Below, in pieces: positions 1-8,228 of a stretch of 64,000 nucleotides of DNA (its first letter is position 1; the number at the start of each line of letters is the position of its first letter). Position numbers and translations under genes: made by a program. The notes beneath the pieces were generated by a model. That model did no database searches. It was not told the DNA's origin and saw nothing but the letters and a program-made list of their open reading frames with translations. Source of the stretch: an uncultured Gammaproteobacteria bacterium. GTDB taxonomy: Bacteria > Patescibacteriota > Microgenomatia > UBA8517. The DNA is taken from contig CAZAXL010000002.1 in the NCBI GenBank assembly GCA_964489145.1, forward strand, positions 2,992 to 66,991. Reading direction: 5' to 3'.

Positions 1-1248
1 CACTACTCCATGCCTCCTTATGCAACAGGAGAAGCCGGCAGAGTTGGCTCTCCCAATAGGCGCGAAATAGGTCATGGTGCATTGGCTGAACGTGCGCTTA
101 TTCCCGTTATTCCTTCTCAGGAAGAATTTCCTTATGCGATAAGAGTCGTATCCGAAGTAATGAGTTCAAACGGTTCAACTTCGATGGCTTCGGTGGTTGG
201 GTCTACTCTTTCTTTAATGGATGCGGGTGTTCCAATTAAAGCTCCTGTTGCCGGAATTGCCATGGGACTTATCATTGAAGACGCCGAAAAATTTGCGGTT
301 CTAACGGACTTGATGGGTATTGAGGATTTTAACGGTGACATGGACTTTAAAGTTGCAGGAACAGAAAAGGGAATTACAGCACTTCAGATGGATGTTAAAA
401 CTCTCAATTTGAATTTGAACATTCTTGAAAAAGCTTTGGAACAGGCAAAAGATGCAAGAGCTCAAATTATGAAGAAGATAATTGAAACTCTCCCTGAATC
501 AAGAAAAACAGTTTCAGAATATGCCCCCAAAATCAAAGTAGTTAAAATCCCTGTAGAAAAAATTGGAGAATTTATTGGCCCAGGCGGAAAGAATATTAAA
601 AAGCTTATGGCTGACACAGGAACCCAGGTTGATGTTAATGATGATGGCGGAGTAAGTGTTTCAGGAGTAGATCCTGAAAAAATGCAGCAAGCTATTGACT
701 GGATTACCGGTTTTGGAAAAGAAGTCCAAGCGGGTGAAATTTACGAAGGTGAGGTCGTTCGCATAATGCCTTTTGGAGCTTTTGTAAATATTCTACCAGG
801 TAAAGATGGAATGGTTCATGTAAGCGACATGGGTAAAGAAGAATTTGTTGCCGATGCCAATGATGTGGTTAAAATTGGGGACAAAATTAAAGTCAGAGTT
901 GTAAAAATAGACGAAATGGGAAGAATTAACCTTTCTATGAACATGGATCCTTCAAAGGATAAACCGAAAGAAGATAGACCAAGATCGGGTGGAGGAGGGT
1001 ACAGAGGTGGTGGAGACCGTGGTGGAAGAGGTGGATTTAGTGGGGGAAATCGTGGTGGTTTCGGAGGTGATAGGCGTGGAGGATTCTCAAGGGGTGGAGA
1101 CAGAGGATTTGGTGGCCCTAGGCGTGAAGGAGGATTCTCAAGGGGTGGAAGTAGCAGACCCGGATTTTCAAGACCTGATGAAAATGGTGGAACAGGTGGT
1201 CCCCATTTCCCAACTTCAAGATTAGTTAGTGAAAAGAAAGATTTCTAA
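1..1248 (+). CDS. pnp: Polynucleotide phosphorylase (PNPase), 5'-truncated at the window edge; second RNase PH core, KH and S1 domains plus an ~80-aa Gly/Arg (RGG) C-terminal tail
   Basis: The frame is open from nt 1. The KH motif (IGPGGKNIKKL) and an S1 domain (GEIYEGEVVRIMPFGAFV) are followed by the tail GGGYRGGGDRGGRGGFSGGNRGGFGG. Confidence 0.9.
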   Translation, partial: HYSMPPYATGEAGRVGSPNRREIGHGALAERALIPVIPSQEEFPYAIRVVSEVMSSNGSTSMASVVGSTLSLMDAGVPIKAPVAGIAMGLIIEDAEKFAVLTDLMGIEDFNGDMDFKVAGTEKGITALQMDVKTLNLNLNILEKALEQAKDARAQIMKKIIETLPESRKTVSEYAPKIKVVKIPVEKIGEFIGPGGKNIKKLMADTGTQVDVNDDGGVSVSGVDPEKMQQAIDWITGFGKEVQAGEIYEGEVVRIMPFGAFVNILPGKDGMVHVSDMGKEEFVADANDVVKIGDKIKVRVVKIDEMGRINLSMNMDPSKDKPKEDRPRSGGGGYRGGGDRGGRGGFSGGNRGGFGGDRRGGFSRGGDRGFGGPRREGGFSRGGSSRPGFSRPDENGGTGGPHFPTSRLVSEKKDF

Positions 1249-1292
1249 AGAAAAAGGCTTCTCAGAGGTAAACTTCGTGTTAATATAAATAT

Positions 1293-2339
1293 ATGGATTC
1301 TGCTGCCCAGGAAATTACTGTTTTAATTGATAGAGTTAAAAGTGTCTCCTTGCCGGACAAACTTCGTGAACTGGTTTTGGTTCGTCTGAACCAACTCTCC
1401 AAGCTTACAAATTCTCCGTCGTTTTTACCCGAATTCGACAGAATGGAAAAATATATCGATTGGATTACAACTTTACCTTGGAACAAGAGAACACAGGATA
1501 CACTGGACCTTGAAAAGGCCAAGGCGATTTTAGAGACTCACCACTTTGGGTTAACTGATATAAAAACGCGTATCTTGGAATATATGAGTGTGATGAAGCT
1601 TAAGCAAGAAAAAGGAGAAGGGGCCGATGTCTATCGTGCTCCAATTCTTTGTTTTGTGGGACTGGTCGGAACCGGCAAAACTACAATTGCCTATTCGATT
1701 GCGGAGGCACTGGGTAGACCAATCGCACGTATTCCTTTCGGAGGGATGGGAGATCCGCTTGATCTTCGTGGTCAAAGTAGAATGCACCCTGAGGCGGAAC
1801 CTGGAAAAATAATTAAAGCTTTAAAAGATACACAAAGTAAAAACCCGGTAATACTTCTTGATGAAATCGATAGGGTAACCGACCAAGGTAGAAGTTCTAT
1901 TATGGGAGTTTTGGTTGAGCTTTTGGATCCAAGACAAAATTATGCCTTTATCGATCACTATATAGACTTTCCGTTTGACCTTTCCGAGGCACTTTTTATT
2001 ACAACTGCCAATAACACTACAAACATTGCAACGGCCGTGATGGATAGGCTTGAGCCAATTTCCATGCCAAGCTACACGGATCAGGAAAAAATAACGATTG
2101 CACAAAAATATGTACTGCCGGTATCAGTGAAGGCAGCGGGGCTTTCTCAAGGAATTTTGACAATTGATGATGAAGTTTGGGCAAACATAGTTAGACCCTT
2201 AGGCTACGACGCCGGAATCCGTACATTGGAACGAAATATCGATGGGGTTGTCAGAAAAGTTGCCAAGATGATTGTCGAAGGAAAGGCACAAAGTGTGCAT
2301 ATAACCGCACAAAATGTTAAAGAATTTTTGCCCCAGTAA
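1293..2339 (+). CDS. Lon-like AAA+ ATPase module with no N-terminal substrate domain and no S16 protease domain
   Basis: Walker A (GLVGTGKTT), Walker B (ILLDEID), sensor and arginine-finger regions align collinearly to the central ~300 aa of Lon, from the YIDWxxxLPW motif to the segment just before the protease domain. The ORF ends cleanly before any protease domain. Confidence 0.75.
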   Translation: MDSAAQEITVLIDRVKSVSLPDKLRELVLVRLNQLSKLTNSPSFLPEFDRMEKYIDWITTLPWNKRTQDTLDLEKAKAILETHHFGLTDIKTRILEYMSVMKLKQEKGEGADVYRAPILCFVGLVGTGKTTIAYSIAEALGRPIARIPFGGMGDPLDLRGQSRMHPEAEPGKIIKALKDTQSKNPVILLDEIDRVTDQGRSSIMGVLVELLDPRQNYAFIDHYIDFPFDLSEALFITTANNTTNIATAVMDRLEPISMPSYTDQEKITIAQKYVLPVSVKAAGLSQGILTIDDEVWANIVRPLGYDAGIRTLERNIDGVVRKVAKMIVEGKAQSVHITAQNVKEFLPQ

Positions 2340-2355
2340 TATACAATAGTTTTGT

Positions 2356-2832
2356 ATGAAGATCCTGATAATTTCCGATTCCCATGGGAACATTGCGAAT
2401 TTAAATCATGTGATGGGTTTTGCAAAAAAATATGGAGTGTCTTCCATAATTCATGCCGGAGATTGGAACAATCTCGAATCTGTTGAAACAGTTTTGTCGT
2501 ATGGAATTCCGATTTATGCGGTTTTGGGAAATGCTGATATCGATCCGACGATAGGTAAAAGGTTAAAGATAAAAGGCAAGATATTTAATGAGAATTCTTT
2601 GATCATCGAAATTGGGGGTAGAACTATTGGAATTACACATAAACCATCGAATAATACAGAGTATTTCTTGGACACAAAACTTGATTTAATTATCAATGGT
2701 CATTTGCATTCAAAATATGAAAGCAAAGAAACACAAATTAAAATTATTCGTCCCGGGGCAATAATTACAGGAAATAATTTTGCAATTTTTGACACAGGCT
2801 CGAATAGAGTAGAATTTATTGAAGATGACTAA
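2356..2832 (+). CDS. Metallophosphoesterase (YfcE/MJ0936-like phosphodiesterase)
   Basis: Calcineurin-like motifs are present: ISDSHGN, HAGDW, GNAD, GITH, INGHLH. Confidence 0.8.
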   Translation: MKILIISDSHGNIANLNHVMGFAKKYGVSSIIHAGDWNNLESVETVLSYGIPIYAVLGNADIDPTIGKRLKIKGKIFNENSLIIEIGGRTIGITHKPSNNTEYFLDTKLDLIINGHLHSKYESKETQIKIIRPGAIITGNNFAIFDTGSNRVEFIEDD

Positions 2833-3466
2833 ATTTGAAGAACTTCATAAATTGAAAGAGGGAATGGAGAAAGACGATACACTTCCCCTTAAAAAGGGTG
2901 CTACAAAACTTGTTTTTGGTATAGGAAACACCAGGGCAAAAATTCTCTGCATTGGGGAAGGACCCGGATACAATGAGGATAAAATCGGTGAGCCGTTCGT
3001 AGGACAGGCGGGTAAACTTTTGGATAAACTTTTTCCGCTTGCAGGGCTCACCCGCAAAGAGGTGTTCATAACAAATATTGTTCACCACAGACCTCCGGAA
3101 AACCGTGATCCGGAACTCCACGAGATAGAAGCTTATAGAAAGTATTTGGACAAAATCATTAAAATTATTGACCCGGAAGTAATCATTACTTTAGGGCGTT
3201 TTTCTATGGCTAAATTTTTACCTAATGTCTTTATTTCAAGTGTACATGGCAAAAAATATAATGTTTCCTGGAACGGAAAAAATATTGCGGTCGTACCGAT
3301 GTACCATCCAGCGGCTTCGCTTAGAAATGGCAACGTAATGGAGGCGGAAAAAACAGACTTTGTTAATTTAAGAGAAATTTTGAAGAAAATTAAAAATGAT
3401 AAACAAAGCTTGGTCAATTCTGAAAAAAATGATAAAGTGAAAGTAGAGCAAATGAATCTTGTTTAA
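2819..3466 (+). CDS. Uracil-DNA glycosylase superfamily, family-4-like, without the Fe-S cysteines
   Basis: The GEGPGYNEDKIGEPFVGQAGKLL motif A and an HPAA motif B are present. The usual CRPP...C ligand positions read HHRPP...Y. It overlaps the upstream gene by 14 nt. Confidence 0.7.
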   Translation: MKMTKFEELHKLKEGMEKDDTLPLKKGATKLVFGIGNTRAKILCIGEGPGYNEDKIGEPFVGQAGKLLDKLFPLAGLTRKEVFITNIVHHRPPENRDPELHEIEAYRKYLDKIIKIIDPEVIITLGRFSMAKFLPNVFISSVHGKKYNVSWNGKNIAVVPMYHPAASLRNGNVMEAEKTDFVNLREILKKIKNDKQSLVNSEKNDKVKVEQMNLV

Positions 3467-3523
3467 GCATGTCGCCAAGATTTGGTTTTGGCTTCGCCAA
3501 AGATATGCAATAAAAGTCTGCTT

Positions 3524-5185
3524 ATGAATAATTCAAATAAATTAAAATTCATCGCCCTTTCAGGAACAACAGGAGTAACGGAAAATTTATACGTTTACGA
3601 ATATGGCAACGACATGCTCGTCGTGGATTGTGGTGTCGGTTTTCCAGAGAGTGAGATGTTTGGCGTTGACCTTGTTATTCCGGACTTTTCCTATATCAAG
3701 CAAAACGCGGCAAAACTTAGAGGAGTTTTAATTTCCCACGGGCATGAGGACCATCTTGGTGCACTTCCTTTTCTTCTCAAAGATGTAAAAACAACTATTT
3801 ATGCCACGAAACTTGTGGGTGGGTTTATACAGGATAAATTTGAAGATTATGATACTCAGTCCCCGAAGATCTCTATTTTTGATCCTGAAAAGGATGTTTT
3901 AACCCTAGGAGTTTTCAAAGTCACTCCATTTAGGGTTAGCCATTCCGTTCCGGACGGAGTTGGATTTTGCATAGATACCCCCGAAGGAAAAATATTCCAT
4001 ATACCAGATTATAAATTTGACTGGACCCCTGTCGACGGGCGGCCTTTTGATATCGCCAAAGTTGCTACGCTTGCCTCACAGGGAACTTTAGCTTTGGCAT
4101 CCGATGCATTAGGTGCCAATACACCTGGTTATACAGAAAGCGAACTTTCAATTCAGGGAAGAATCGAGGCAATAGTCCAAGATGTTACAGGGAAAATTTA
4201 TTTAACTACAATCTCGAGCAATATTAGTAGAATACAGCAAACAATTAATATTGCCGCCAAACTTGGCAGAAAAGTGGTTCTTATCGGCCGTTCAATCGAA
4301 AGAAAGGCACAAATTGCCAAAGATCTGGGATATCTCTTTTATCCGAATGATCTGGTTATTAAATCCAAACAGGCGTCTCATCTTCCGCCGGACAAAGTTT
4401 TATATATTATTTCCGGAAGTTATGGTCAACCGGGAAGTGCGCTTTATAGGCTTTGTATGGGAGAACACGATTTCCTGACAATCGGTAAGGGAGATGTTGT
4501 TATATTTTCTTCCGATCCTGCCCCGCCTGGCAGTAAGACAAATGTTGACTTCTTGGTCGACAAGCTTATCGAGGGTGACGTCAATGTTCACTACTACGAC
4601 ATGCAGGAAGACCTTCACGTTTCAGGACATGGAAGTATAGGGGATATTGAAACACTTTTTGCACTTACCAAGCCCAAATATTACATTCCGATAGGGGGAA
4701 CAATAAGACACATGAGAGCTTACGGGCTTATTGCGGAAAGGATGGGTGCTCCTGAAGAAAATGTTTTAGAACTTCTTCCCGGAGAGATTGTTGAATTTGG
4801 TAATCAAACTGCAAGACGTGTCGGTAAAGTTCCTGTAAAAGAGGTTTTGGTGGATGGACTTGGGATTGGAGACGTGGGAAATGTTGTATTAAGAGATAGA
4901 CACATTCTTTCCAAGGAAGGAATTGTAATTGCAATAATCCATTTTGACAGAAACGAAAGCGCACTTATAGACAGTCCCGAGATAATGAGCCGTGGATTTG
5001 TTTTTGAACAGAAATACGGCAGAATTTTAGAGGATGCTTCAAAAGAATTGGCTCGCGCGATGCAAAAAAAGAAATCGATAAATGCAAATGTTGTCAAAAA
5101 TATCGCAATTGATTTTTTGGAGCGATATTTTTATCAAAAAACAGGGCGACGCCCCATGATTCTCCCTGTTGTTGTTGAGGTTTAA
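3524..5185 (+). CDS. rnj: Ribonuclease J (metallo-beta-lactamase/beta-CASP family)
   Basis: HGHEDHLGALPFLL motif; beta-CASP region and C-terminal domain present. Start chosen at the MNNSNKLKFIALSG methionine (the ORF track begins earlier at 3482). Confidence 0.85.
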   Translation: MNNSNKLKFIALSGTTGVTENLYVYEYGNDMLVVDCGVGFPESEMFGVDLVIPDFSYIKQNAAKLRGVLISHGHEDHLGALPFLLKDVKTTIYATKLVGGFIQDKFEDYDTQSPKISIFDPEKDVLTLGVFKVTPFRVSHSVPDGVGFCIDTPEGKIFHIPDYKFDWTPVDGRPFDIAKVATLASQGTLALASDALGANTPGYTESELSIQGRIEAIVQDVTGKIYLTTISSNISRIQQTINIAAKLGRKVVLIGRSIERKAQIAKDLGYLFYPNDLVIKSKQASHLPPDKVLYIISGSYGQPGSALYRLCMGEHDFLTIGKGDVVIFSSDPAPPGSKTNVDFLVDKLIEGDVNVHYYDMQEDLHVSGHGSIGDIETLFALTKPKYYIPIGGTIRHMRAYGLIAERMGAPEENVLELLPGEIVEFGNQTARRVGKVPVKEVLVDGLGIGDVGNVVLRDRHILSKEGIVIAIIHFDRNESALIDSPEIMSRGFVFEQKYGRILEDASKELARAMQKKKSINANVVKNIAIDFLERYFYQKTGRRPMILPVVVEV

Positions 5186-5213
5186 CTACACTTCGATATA
5201 CAATGGTTTGAAT

Positions 5214-7328
5214 ATGGCCAAGAGAAGAAAAAGATTTACAAAAAAATCATTCAGATTAAAGCTTAAAAAAGAGTCGGTTTTCTCTATTTCTCAAATAGTG
5301 TTTTTTGCCATCGCAGGGCTTATCCTTATTTCTTTCTCCCGTCAGGGTGCAATTCTCTTTAAATTTAATGAGATATTGATTAAATACTTTTCCTGGTCAT
5401 CGGTTTTCTTACCTTTTATTTTTCTATCATTCGCTTTTCTTCTGTCAAAGGTTAAATTTATTTTGGGTCAGCCAAATGTCATTGTTGGGGCACTTCTTTT
5501 CTTTATCTCGGTTATGGCCCTGGGGCGTGCCGGAGTTGCCGGAGGTTTGGTTTGGGATTCAATCGCAGCCCTCGTAATGGGGGTGGGGGCAGCCATTATT
5601 TTTACAGGTGTGGGAATGATTGGTCTGATTGTTTTATTCAATACTTCAATCGATCAGGTCTATAAACTTTTTAAGGAGTTTGCCAGGCAGGTGGGGATTT
5701 ATATCCATGGGGATAAAGCTCAAATAAAGGTTGGAGGGGTGACTCTTTCCAAAGGTCAAATGAGGGTTTCCGGGGGGGGAGCTTTCACTGTATCCGGAGC
5801 AGCAAAACCAGGTACTCCTGGTGTGTCATCAGTTCCCAAGGAACCTTTGGAACAAAAACTTGTAAGCAACGTTCCCGGTGAAGAAACCGTCTGGAGATAT
5901 CCGGGAATGGATCTTCTTGGTGATGTTGATGGCGGAAAAGCAGACAGAGGCGACATCAAGGGTAATGCCGCAACAATTGAAAAGACGCTTGAATCTTTTG
6001 GAATTACGGCAAGCGTGGTTGAGGTTAATCTGGGACCCGCCGTTACGCAATATGCTATTGAGGTTGCGCTTGGAACAAAGCTTTCGAAAATTACATCACT
6101 GGAGCGAGATTTAGCACTTGCCCTTTCTGCCCCGACAGGAACGATCAGAATTGAAGCTCCAATTCCGGGACGTAATTTAGTGGGAATTGAATTACCCAAC
6201 CGTTCCGCTGAGTTTGTTTCACTCAGAAAGGTTTTGGAGTCTGAAGAAATGCAAAGTGCGAAATCCAAGCTCGTAGTTTCTTTAGGACTTGATGTATCTG
6301 GTAAACCCATTGTTGCCGATATCGCAAAAATGCCACATGTCCTAATAGCCGGTCAAACCGGTTCGGGAAAATCTGTTTGTATAAATGCATTTTTGGCGTC
6401 GCTTCTTTTCAGGGCTGCTCCAACAGAAGTTAAACTTATTTTGGTTGACCCTAAAAGGGTTGAGCTTACGCGTTACAACGGAATTCCTCATTTACTTTCA
6501 CCTGTAATTGTTGATCCGGATAAAGTTATCTCGGCGCTTCGTTGGATTATGGCTGAAATGGATAGGCGGTATAAACTTTTTGCCCAGGCAGGTGCTCGCA
6601 ATATTGATTCTTATAATGAAATGTCCGGATTTCAGGCTCTTCCTTATATTCTTCTTTTTATCGATGAGCTTGCCGATATTATGCTTTTCTCGCCCGTTGA
6701 GGTCGAAGACTCCATTACCAGAATTGCCCAAATGAGTCGGGCCACCGGAATTCATATGGTACTTGCAACCCAAAGGCCGTCAGTTGATGTAATTACAGGT
6801 CTTATCAAGGCTAACGTCCCGTCACGCATTGCCTTTGCTGTTGCCTCCCAAGTCGACTCAAGAGTTATTTTGGATACGCAGGGTGCCGAAAAACTTTTGG
6901 GTAAGGGGGATATGCTCTACCTTCCTCCGGAGCAAGCCAAACCTGTTAGAATTCAGGGAGCCTTTGTTGGAGATAAAGAAGTGGCAGACCTGACATCGTT
7001 CCTTAAGAATCAAGGTGTAAACCCGCAGTATACTGATGAGGTGACCACAATGGCGAAGGCGGGCACTGTTTCTGTACCGGGTGTTAGTGGAAATGTTGAC
7101 GAACTGTTTAAAGATGCCGTAAAGGTTGTCTGTCAATATGACAGAGCTTCCGCATCACTTTTACAAAGAAGGCTTTCAATAGGATATGCAAGGGCAGCCA
7201 GAATTGTCGATCAGTTGGAAGGAGCGGGAGTAATTGCAACAAGTGACGGTGGAAGCAAGGCGCGTGAAGTGTTAGTTCAAAACGCTGATGAATTTTTGGC
7301 TTCCTTCGGGAATCCTCCCTCCCAATAA
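5214..7328 (+). CDS. ftsK: DNA translocase FtsK/SpoIIIE
   Basis: N-terminal TM helices, Walker A GQTGSGKSV and a C-terminal gamma winged-helix domain (QRRLSIGYARAARIVDQLE). Start set at MAKRRKRF to avoid overlap with rnj. Confidence 0.9.
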   Translation: MAKRRKRFTKKSFRLKLKKESVFSISQIVFFAIAGLILISFSRQGAILFKFNEILIKYFSWSSVFLPFIFLSFAFLLSKVKFILGQPNVIVGALLFFISVMALGRAGVAGGLVWDSIAALVMGVGAAIIFTGVGMIGLIVLFNTSIDQVYKLFKEFARQVGIYIHGDKAQIKVGGVTLSKGQMRVSGGGAFTVSGAAKPGTPGVSSVPKEPLEQKLVSNVPGEETVWRYPGMDLLGDVDGGKADRGDIKGNAATIEKTLESFGITASVVEVNLGPAVTQYAIEVALGTKLSKITSLERDLALALSAPTGTIRIEAPIPGRNLVGIELPNRSAEFVSLRKVLESEEMQSAKSKLVVSLGLDVSGKPIVADIAKMPHVLIAGQTGSGKSVCINAFLASLLFRAAPTEVKLILVDPKRVELTRYNGIPHLLSPVIVDPDKVISALRWIMAEMDRRYKLFAQAGARNIDSYNEMSGFQALPYILLFIDELADIMLFSPVEVEDSITRIAQMSRATGIHMVLATQRPSVDVITGLIKANVPSRIAFAVASQVDSRVILDTQGAEKLLGKGDMLYLPPEQAKPVRIQGAFVGDKEVADLTSFLKNQGVNPQYTDEVTTMAKAGTVSVPGVSGNVDELFKDAVKVVCQYDRASASLLQRRLSIGYARAARIVDQLEGAGVIATSDGGSKAREVLVQNADEFLASFGNPPSQ

Positions 7329-7339
7329 AAATAATTTAA

Positions 7340-7963
7340 ATGAAAACGATTGGCCAAATTCTCGGGAACGCTCGTACAAACAAAAGATATTCGTATCAAA
7401 AGTTGGAGGAAATTACGAAAATAAAATCATCTTTTATAGTTGCTATTGAGAATGAAGAATGGCAGATTCTTCCCGGTTTTGCCACAGTTTTGGGGTTTGT
7501 TAAAAGTATATCCTCAGCCCTTGATGTTGATGAAAAAATGGCAGTTGCGGTTTTGAAACGGGATTATCCACCAAAGAAAATAAGTATAAACCCCAACCCT
7601 GACATTTCGTCAAAACCAAGTTGGAACCCAAAACTTACATTTATGTTGGGTGTTGGGCTGGTAGTCCTTATCATATTAGGGTATCTAACCTTTCAATATG
7701 TAAAATTTATATCGCCTCCTGGGATTGAGGTTGTTAGCCCGATCGAGGGGCAGGCGGTAGACGGAAATTTTGTACTGGTTTTTGGGTCAACCGAAACGGA
7801 TGTCAAAATTACGGTTGATAATCAACCTGTGTTGGTTGATAAAGACGGTAAATTCTCCACAAACATAGAAATCTCACCAAACACAACAAAAATCATCATA
7901 AGGGCAATTTCTAGGTCTGGAAAAGAAACAGTTATAGAGCGTAAAATAGAAGTACAAGAATAA
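7340..7963 (+). CDS. rodZ: RodZ-like cytoskeletal protein (N-terminal HTH, one TM helix, extracellular domain)
   Basis: The N-terminal XRE-type HTH, central TM helix (LTFMLGVGLVVLIILGYL) and C-terminal beta-rich domain match RodZ architecture. Confidence 0.5.
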   Translation: MKTIGQILGNARTNKRYSYQKLEEITKIKSSFIVAIENEEWQILPGFATVLGFVKSISSALDVDEKMAVAVLKRDYPPKKISINPNPDISSKPSWNPKLTFMLGVGLVVLIILGYLTFQYVKFISPPGIEVVSPIEGQAVDGNFVLVFGSTETDVKITVDNQPVLVDKDGKFSTNIEISPNTTKIIIRAISRSGKETVIERKIEVQE

Positions 7964-7976
7964 TTAACTTTAACCG

Positions 7977-8210
7977 ATGGATTCTGTTCAAACACTTTTA
8001 ATCGTAGTTGTGGTTAGTCTTACAATTTTACTTGTTGTGGTCGGAATTCAAGTAATGCTTATTATTGTTGACCTGAGACGTGCCGTTAAAAGATTGAATA
8101 GTATTTTGGAAGATTCGATTCTGGGTGGAGGTTTGATCAGACCGGATAAACTGACTTCCGTAATGGAAATTCTTCACAAAGGTAAAAAACCTGAAACTCA
8201 CGGTGGCTAA
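7977..8210 (+). CDS. Small membrane protein (one N-terminal TM helix plus a coiled coil; DUF948-like)
   Basis: 77-aa ORF with a strongly hydrophobic N-terminus (LLIVVVVSLTILLVVVGIQVMLII) followed by a charged helix. Confidence 0.4.
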   Translation: MDSVQTLLIVVVVSLTILLVVVGIQVMLIIVDLRRAVKRLNSILEDSILGGGLIRPDKLTSVMEILHKGKKPETHGG

Positions 8211-8228
8211 AAATGATATACTTTAGCC

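Noticed and set aside
989-1225. 78-aa +strand ORF in an alternative frame
   Set aside because: Out-of-frame reading of the GC-rich RGG repeat region of pnp.
5756-6310. 184-aa minus-strand ORF
   Set aside because: Antisense within ftsK; low-complexity Ser/Pro-rich translation.
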